Shown here: positions 55,140-64,000 of the stretch, piece by piece
Layout: each line of letters starts with the position of its first letter
Numbering within the stretch: position 1 is the first letter of the stretch
Source: Eledone cirrhosa
Lineage: Eukaryota
Assembly (NCBI GenBank): GCA_964016885.1
Contig: OZ024749.1
Span: 21,018,001 to 21,082,000 of the forward strand
DNA: 64,000 nucleotides
Direction: 5' to 3'
Program-made: the position numbers and the translations under genes
The notes under the pieces: generated by a model
The model's database searches: none
The model's input: only the letters and a program-made list of their open reading frames with translations
Told to the model about the DNA's origin: nothing

Positions 55140-55760
55140 GAGTTTTGGGTAATGGCCGAAAGAATACCACCGCGAATAAAAGTGACCGAAATAGGGTTGC
55201 TCTGAAGACTCTTTAGAGCAACGTTACTCGATAGGATGCGTAGATTAGCGATCAGAGAGTCACTCCAGGTAGAGCCGCTACTCTTCCGAATAGAGAGATC
55301 ACAGCTCCGATACTATGGACATGTGGTTAGAATGTCTCAGAGAAGAACCACAGGAGAGATTTGTAGCTCGGAGATCAGAGAGTCACTCCAGGTAGATCCG
55401 CTACTGCTCTGAATTGAGAGATCACAGCTCCGATACTACGGACATGTGGTTAGAATGTCTCAGGAAAGAACCACTGGAGAGTTTTATAGCTCGGAGATCA
55501 CAAAATCACTCCAGGTAGAGCCTCCTCTTCTCTGAATTGAGAGATCACAGCTCCGATATTATGGGCATGTGGTTAGAATGTCTCCGGAAAAATCGGTGGA
55601 CAGATTTTGCGGGCAAAACCAATTGGCAGGAGACCTAGAGTTAGACCCTCAAGTAACATGGTTGGATAACATCCATAAGCTCGATTGGTCTCGTTTGTGG
55701 ATGCAGCAGAATTATTTGGAGACAATTGCTCATGACAGGACCCTCTGGAAGGCGTGTCTT
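55140..55760 (+). pseudogene. Rex3/Expander-type RTE 3' fragment with internal triplication
   Basis: IRESLQVEPLLFRIERSQLRYYGHVVRMS coded three times at a ~123-bp period. Confidence 0.75.
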
Positions 55761-56249
55761 AGGACTTAGCTCTTATGACCCTAATATGTAAAGTTTATTA
55801 AAAAAAAAACTTGAATGTAATGACGGTGGTGGGAACATAGTGGATTTGACGAGTGTTTCGTAGAGTCTCGTTTATTTACAATGATGCAATGATGGGCCCA
55901 AATTAAATAATGAAAAAAAAAATCACACGTAGGCGAAACCCCGTGCAGCGACAGGAAGTATGAACACATTAGCACATTGATGTAAGAGAGTATATATTTA
56001 TACACGCATTGCATAGATTGCCCAGACATATACACAGCAGGAAGACCCAGTAATTATTAATATATGTAGCGTTAAATCTGTATATTACATTGGGTTGGTG
56101 GTATTTATTCATCACACATATATTATTTTATTTGTCGACGGCAAATATGAGTGGGTGAACTGGCGGAACATTGCCACACACACACGTATCTCTCTCTCTC
56201 TCGCTCTCTCTCTCTCTCTATATATATATATACATATACACATACATAC

Positions 56250-56319
<70 letters not shown>

Positions 56320-56516
56320 CATATACACATACATACATTATATATATATACATACATTATATATATATATATATATACACATACATACATTATATATATA
56401 TATACATACATTATATATATATATACATACATTATATATATATATATATACATACATTATATATATATATATATATATATATACAGACACACATACATAC
56501 ATACATAATATATATA

Positions 56517-56564
<48 letters not shown>

Positions 56565-56573
56565 CACACATAC

Positions 56574-56652
<79 letters not shown>

Positions 56653-56684
56653 ATATATATATATATACACATACATACATACAT

Positions 56685-56717
<33 letters not shown>

Positions 56718-56745
56718 ATATATATATATACACATACATACATAC

Positions 56746-56781
<36 letters not shown>

Positions 56782-56856
56782 CACACATACATAATATATA
56801 TATATATACATACGTACGTACATATATATATATATACACCATACATACATACATAC

Positions 56857-56940
<84 letters not shown>

Positions 56941-56977
56941 CATATATATACACACATACATACATATATATACACAC

Positions 56978-57100
<123 letters not shown>

Positions 57101-57184
57101 TTAATTTAAATAATGCTAAGAGTCCTTGGGAATGTATTTTTAGGTTGGAAAATATTTCTAAATAGGCTTCTCTTATATAAACAC

Positions 57185-57600
57185 CACATTTAACTATGCC
57201 AAATAGACCACATATCTGTCTGTATAGTGGTTATGGTGAAAGAAGTTATATGGTGGACGAGATTGAGCGGCCTGAGGACAGATGCCTTTCTCTCCGGACA
57301 ACAACTCATTCCCTTCTTTAGGTACCACTTTAGAAGGAGAATCAGAGTGGAGAGAGAGGCACTGCACCCCAGTAAATTTACTGAAAGGTGGGCGAATGTG
57401 GCAAAAATGGCCCGAGTGATTGGGCCTTCTCTGTATATTAAACCTGTAGGTTGAAGAAGAGAGCAAAAGGAAGAAAGGAGCACTTGCACAACACGCTCTT
57501 GAAGTTGAGGGTTGTTCTATCTATGGGGTATTAAACAACCAATTTGTAACGCCTCCCCTCTATTGGGGATTTTGTTTGTTTAAATTTATCTATCTATCAA
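57185..57600 (+). pseudogene. Tx1 ORF2 3' fragment plus UTR, (TCTA)n tail
   Basis: KEVIWWTRL...ERWANVAKMARV homologous to the ORF2 C-terminus. Confidence 0.85.
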
Positions 57601-57680
57601 TCAATCTATCCTTCTGTCTGTCTATGTAGGTATGTACCTATCTATCTATCAATCTACCCATTTATCTATCTATCTATTTA

Positions 57681-58625
57681 CTGTCAGTGGAGAATCCACC
57701 TCGTCATTCTATAGAGGGCTGGTGGTTAGCAGGTGCGACGACGCCCTCGGAGAAGCCCTAGGCATGGAGGAAGACGGACTGGCCAACCTGTTCGGTAGGA
57801 CATTCAGCCCGGGACCCATGGATAACTTCCAGAGGTCCCTGGCCTGGCAGTGCTACCGAGAGGCTCTGCCCGTTCGAGAAAGGCTCTACAGACACGGGCG
57901 CCCGGGTAGGGACCCCTCGAAAAAGATCTGTCCCAGATGCGTGTGCGACGAGGAAACCGTTGTACACGCATTGGTACACTGCTTGGGCATTGCCGATCTG
58001 TGGGGCTATGTCGAACAACTGCTATCAAGGGTGGGACCGATCCGGTTGACCACCGAGTCTATTGTAACGATCAAGCCGCCTCCCCTCTTCAACAACGAAG
58101 GAGAGGCGGTGTTTCTGTGCATAATAGCCATGGTGAAAGAGGTTGTATGGTGGACGCGTCTGAAAGGACTGAGGTCAGACACCTTTCTCTCTGGCCAACA
58201 ACTGGTCCGTTTCTTCCGATATCATTTCGGAAGAAGGATCAGGATGGAGAGAGAGGTGCTGCACCCCAACCGTTTTTATGAAAGATGGGTGAAAGTGGCG
58301 AGAATGGCCCGTGTGAATGGGCCTTCACTCTACATCAGACTATAGGTGAGGAAGATGAAAGATCAAGGGAGCACCCCCTCTCTGTGCTCCTAAGGAGAAG
58401 GGTTGCACACTTTTTTTCGAGGGTGTGTGCGACCCCCAAGGCGCCTCCTCCCTATTAAGGATTTTGTTATTAAATTTATTTTTGTTATATTTTATTTTAT
58501 TTTTATATTTTGTTATTGCCTCCTCCTTATTGAGGACGCCTTTTTATGTAAACTCCCCCCATTGTACTTGTCCCACTTTTTGATGCCCTGGTGGCAAATA
58601 AAAAGAAAGTTATCTATCTATCTAT
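57681..58625 (+). pseudogene. Tx1 ORF2 3' fragment plus 3'UTR, (TCTA)n tail
   Basis: FQRSLAWQCYREALPVR...CPRC...HALVHC; stop at 58345; AATAAA. Confidence 0.9.
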
Positions 58626-58756
58626 TTACTCATCTATCTATATATATATATACATACATTATATATATATATACATACATTATATATATATATATACATG
58701 CATTATATATATATATATATATATATACAGACACACATACATACATACATAATATA

Positions 58757-58868
<112 letters not shown>

Positions 58869-58877
58869 CACACATAC

Positions 58878-58960
<83 letters not shown>

Positions 58961-59099
58961 GGTGGCTGCCAACTCGTTTTCGAGTACGGCCACTACTTTA
59001 TATCCATGTAGGAGAACCCCTACCGATGCGCTGAACGAGTGTGACTTTATATATATATATATACAGACACACATACATAAAAGAAACATATCTATCTAT

Positions 59100-60950
59100 C
59101 TCTGGGATGGACACACGCGTGTAGCTTGCTGAGTAAGTTCTGTTTAAATTTCTATAGAAATTCTTGACTGTAAACTTTAATTTTTGTACCATTTTGTAGA
59201 GGGACTGCCAGGTCAAATTTTGATCTGGTCAGTCTCTCAAAATATTCTACGCCTTTAGGCGAAATAGTTAACAAAAAGTTTTTTTTTTGAAAAGTTAACA
59301 TTTTTTAAAAATGGCTGAAGCTTCTTCACCAAAATTCGAAGGAGGAAAGGGGAAGATAAGCTTACAGCTTCCCCCTGTCACTGTCACAGTAGCAGAGGTC
59401 AAAGACAAAGGTCAGCCAGAGGAAGGATTTTCTCCACCTGCTGACCGACAACTTGACGTTGCCATGGCAACAAACCAAACAACCAGCGGCACCAGCAACA
59501 ACGACAACAACAACAATGCTACGGACGAAAACAACAACAATAACAATAACAATAACAACAAGACCAATAACTGTGATAACAACAACAATGATAACAACAA
59601 CACCACCAACTACAACAGCAACACAAACAAGGAAAAGGTCTCCTTCGCCCAGACAGCAAGGAAAACCCTCGACTATCTGCCAGTAGACATAACCAAAGCG
59701 AAGGAGCTACTGGCAGATGCCAAAAAATACATAATGTACGGGGAAAATGGTGCATTTTCGATCCACTCCCCACCGGAACTAAAAAGCCAGAGACTCCTAA
59801 ACACTGTCATGTTTAGGACAATCTCAAACAAAAGCAAAAAACCAGCTCAACCATCACAGAGTGAGATAGAGCTGGTTTTAAAAGACGTCATGAAAGACAT
59901 CACATTCATTCAGAAGGATAGACTCTACGGGAGTCTATCCATTCTCATGAAGGACAGGGACACAGCAGTGAAACTGTCCATAAAACCAATTACATCCACC
60001 GCATAAACCTTCTACCCTACGTACATGGGTAGAAGGACACAAAAAATAAAAATCCACACCATCCTGCCGATTATGGACATATGGTGGGTTTTGACAGGTT
60101 TCCTGAACCTGGATGATGACACGCTGGTGTCCATGGGAAAGGCATCGGGTGACGCGTTCAGTGGAACGAGCCTCGAATTTGTAGTTCAAATGAGGCCCGA
60201 AAGGATTGCCCAGATCCCTGAACGCGTCATACTGGATGATCAAACTTTCATCAACATTACCGTTGAGGGTAGGCGGTCCTCGTGTTACCTCTGTGGAACC
60301 AGAGGTCACCTGAGGGCTGTCTGTCCCCAACTTAAGAAAACCCCAATCCTGCCGACACCACCAACAACTGCACAACCAACACAATCACCACAACCACCAC
60401 TACAAAAACAACAACCACAGCTCAAACCAAAACAAAACAATGTCCAACCCCCCCCCCCACTCAGAAAAAAAACAATTTCCAAAACACCCGCACCGCAAAT
60501 ACAACCCGAAAATCTACCCCTCCCCTCCAACGCGGAAGATGACCCTCGTTCGTCGTCAGATGAGGAGGAGCACTTCCACATAATCAAAAGAAAAAAAGAA
60601 AACACACCTCAGACACACAAATGAAAACAACCCCTCCCCAAAACATAACACTGACACCAACACAAAAGAGCACACAACACCAAACAAAAAACACCACACA
60701 AAAACAAAAACATGCATACACATACATAAACGCAAGAAATAAAAAAACTGTTAAACATTGTGTACAACTACAATTTGATAAAAACCCAAGGGCCTAACTT
60801 CACCCAGGCAGGGGATTTCCCCCACCTCAAAATGATTAAGGCCCCAGAGGACACATATAAAACACTAAAACACAACTTTAAAGAGGACGTGCCCCCCCAT
60901 GCGTCGGGCCCATTAACCGCGTCCTCCTAAAAAACTATCCCACCCCCTCC
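59100..60950 (+). pseudogene. Tx1 5'UTR plus ORF1 with internal stops, 3'-truncated
   Basis: Asn-rich N-terminus; CYLCGTRGHLRAVC knuckle; stops at 60006 and 60624. Confidence 0.85.
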
Positions 60951-61092
60951 CCTACCTACCTACCCACCCACCCACCTACCTACCTACCTACCTACCTACC
61001 TACCCACCTACCTACCCACCCACCCACATACCTACCCACCTACCCACCTACCTACCTATCTATCCACCTACCAACCTACCTACTTACCCACA

Positions 61093-61159
<67 letters not shown>

Positions 61160-61161
<2 letters not shown>

Positions 61162-63330
61162 GCAGTGTGTAACTTCTCGGAGAAGTTTCCGTTAATTTAT
61201 GTAAGAAAAAAACGTGAGTTTCCAGTTAAATTTTATATTATTGTGTAACTTGACCCCCCCCCCGTCTGGACCTTTAGGTGGTGGGTCAACTCATTTCGCC
61301 CCTACAGGGTCGAAATATCCGTTTGAAAAATTTTTTCTCCATCGAATCTTGGAAAAAATATTTAAAAAGTTTGATTACGTTATGAACGCTGCGTCCAACG
61401 ATAATGGTGGTGGAGAGGCGGTAAGACTACAAAGCTCGCAGTCAACATCGTCTTCTTGACTAGATACTATAAAGATGGAAAGACGAAATGAAAATGCAAA
61501 AACAAATTCATATCCAAACAATACAAATGACACCAAACAGTTCAATGACAACAAAAATAACAGCAACACCAATAATGATGATAAAAAACAACAATGATAA
61601 TAACAACAAAGAAAAAAATAAAGACAACACCAATAACACCAGCATCAAAGACAACAACAACACCAAGGAAAATACGAATAATATCAACATCGGTGACAAC
61701 AAGAATAACAACAACAATAACAACAATAATGACAACACCACCAACACGGATAATTCCACAAAGGAACCAAAATCTCCTTTGCAGAGACAGTTCAATAAAA
61801 GGAGGAACTGATATATCTCGACATAAAAAATGCTGAACAACTTTTAAAGGACGCTAGGAGATATGTCACTTTCGAAAAAAATGGTGCTTTCAGCATCAAT
61901 TCTCCGGTAGAAATTCGCAAGGAAACTGCTCTCAAAACGATAGTTTTTAGGACAGTTTCCAATTCTACCCGAAAACCAGTCCAATTGTCACAGAAAGAAA
62001 TTGAACTGGTTTTCAAAAATTCAATGAATGATATTGCATTCATTCAAAGAAGCAAACTTTTTGGGAGTATTTCGGTACTCATGAAGGATCAATTGACGGC
62101 CCAAAATTACTCTGTGTCGCCAATTGTATCCAACCTGTACACCTTTTTCCCTACATACATGGGAAAAAGGACACAAAAGATCAAAATCACGAGTGTCACA
62201 CCAAAGGTGAACATATGGTGGATACTGTGCGGCTTCATCAATTTTGATGAAGACAGAATACTGTCAGTAGGAAAGTCCCCCAGAGATGTATTCAATGGGA
62301 CTAGCATTGAAGTTCTGGTGCAAATGAGCCCAGAGCGAATAGCTATGATCCCACAACGTGTACTCCTGGACGGACTCACCTACATAAACTTTTCGGTTGA
62401 GGGTAGGCGGCCTTCACGTTACCATTGCTTTAGCAGAGGTCACCTGAGGGCTTCCTGTCCTAAATTAATGAATCAAAAGAAGGCTCTTCTGCCGACACCC
62501 ATCAAAACAACACAGCCACCAACACCACCACCACAACAACAACAACACCAACACACAAAAATAACCACAACAAACACAGTCCCACCCAACCCCACTCCAC
62601 CTAAAACCACTGCAAAATCACATACAGACACAACAGCTCCCCAAGACATACCCCTCCCCAATCACACAGACGATACAACAGATGAGGCTATCTCACCATC
62701 ACCCAGTGAAGACGAGGGAGAACCCCATCGCTCGAAAAGAAAGAAAAGACATCACAAAAGCAAAAATCCAGCAAACACTACCACAAACATACAACCACCA
62801 ACACAAACAACAAAAATATCACAAACAAAACCCCCACCTCCTGAAAACAAAATACCTACAACAAGACGAAAGCACACACAAGAACTACAGACAAAAACAA
62901 ACACAACACAAGAAAATTACACTTACACTTACATAAACACTGAAAACAAAACACTAATGGAGACGATCACGAACGACCCTTCGGTTTGCACCGAAAGGAA
63001 AACTTTCGCCCACTCTATTAAAAATAGCAAAAAACTGAACCTAAAACTGATTAGGGTCCCTATACAAACTTATAGGTCCCTAAAAGAAACATTTGAGAAG
63101 GATGTGGGGAATTCCTGCGTGAAACCACTCAACCGCGTCCTTCTCAAATGTCTCCCCACCCCAGACACCCCCATCCCACCAGACCCACCCCACCAAACAT
63201 CTCCGTCCCCACCCCGCCGGAAACCACCACCCATCCAGACAACCCCTCCAACACCCCCATGGAAATCGTGCGGCCTGGTCCCCAGGAGACGAAGGGTGAG
63301 CGATCTCTTTTCCTTTTTTAACTTTTCAGT
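61160..63330 (+). pseudogene. Tx1 5'UTR plus ORF1 (disrupted)
   Basis: ATG at 61382; Asn-rich tract; degenerate knuckle RYHCFSRGHLRASC; homologous to the other ORF1 copies; follows (TC)n. Confidence 0.85.
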
Positions 63331-63336
63331 ACCAAC

Positions 63337-64000
63337 ATGGCCAATATAAGAGTTGGATGTGTGAACGTACGCGGCCTGGGGATGCCCTGGAAACAGGGCA
63401 AACTCTTAAACGACCTCAGGTCGCACAGTATGGATGTGGTAGCCATTTGCGAGTCCAGGATCCACAGCAAGCGACAGCTGGCCCCCATCTTCGATGACTT
63501 TGAGATCTACGCATCTCTCTGTCAACCGGGGGGTGGGGGCGGAGTTGCCGTTTTGCTGCGGAAACACCTGGGCCTCGTAACACAGACGGTACATCTGGAC
63601 CCGGAGGGTCGACTGGTGGTCCTAGACGTTGACGGTAGTGAAGGTGGAGCCTTCAGGCTGGTGGCCGCATATGCCCCATCCGGGACACCGCGGCCAGACT
63701 TCTTCAAACGTCTAGAGACTTTTCTGGGAACGTCCCGCTCCTTGCTTTTAGTGGGGGACTGGAATGGAATCCTAGATGCACGTTGGGACTATGTGGGAAC
63801 ATGTCCCGATAAAGGGGGGTGTAACAGCCTCAAACAGTTAATCGACCGATTTGACCTGGCCGATAGATATCGACTAGATTTTTCGACTGCGCCACTGTGG
63901 GCGTGGAGTAATCGTAGCGGAACATCTAGATCGTACCTAGATAGGGTTCTAGTTAGAAATAAGGATAGGGACATGTTAAGCTGTCCACAAATGTTCATGG
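63337..64000 (+). CDS. Tx1 ORF2 N-terminal APE endonuclease, runs off the window end
   Basis: MANIRVGCVNVRGLG..WKQG.LLNDLRS...YAP...GDWNGILD...SYLDR; collinear with the ORF2 at 23914; absent from the ORF track because it has no stop in the window. Confidence 0.92.
   Translation, partial: MANIRVGCVNVRGLGMPWKQGKLLNDLRSHSMDVVAICESRIHSKRQLAPIFDDFEIYASLCQPGGGGGVAVLLRKHLGLVTQTVHLDPEGRLVVLDVDGSEGGAFRLVAAYAPSGTPRPDFFKRLETFLGTSRSLLLVGDWNGILDARWDYVGTCPDKGGCNSLKQLIDRFDLADRYRLDFSTAPLWAWSNRSGTSRSYLDRVLVRNKDRDMLSCPQMFM

Overview
Eukaryotic, repeat-saturated, apparently gene-free window. The repeat families and the dense (TA)n/(CA)n microsatellites suggest an octopus/cephalopod genome (inference). No host protein-coding gene is supportable; nearly all short ORFs are microsatellite translations. 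Coding content is retroelement-derived: (i) a full-length Tx1/L1-clade LINE with intact ORF2 (20.2-26.1 kb, -) nested in the 5' UTR of a frameshifted full-length RTE LINE (16.4-26.4 kb, -); (ii) a cluster of further Tx1 pieces at 57.2-64 kb; (iii) a 5'-truncated Penelope-like element (PLE; RT + GIY-YIG) with an inverted pseudo-LTR; (iv) a 5'-inverted RTEX-like element; (v) RLE-type and Rex3/Expander-type fragments. Also present are tRNA-head SINEs, RTE-derived non-autonomous elements, and hAT, piggyBac and Helitron non-autonomous elements. The main observations follow. (1) Divergent Tx1 copies share splice-consensus sites bracketing each ORF: a 5'UTR donor, an ORF1-end donor, an acceptor just before the ORF2 ATG and a TAG|G at the ORF2 stop. 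This suggests splicing-based ORF1/ORF2 expression. (2) About a dozen PLE-type fold-back insertions in (TA)n carry minimal hammerhead ribozymes, often with the palindrome axis at the ribozyme; one is a 3.3-kb non-coding element with 587-bp arms. (3) The tRNA-SINE and the Tx1 LINE share a 3' stem-loop tail. Coordinates were read by eye and may be off by a few bases.
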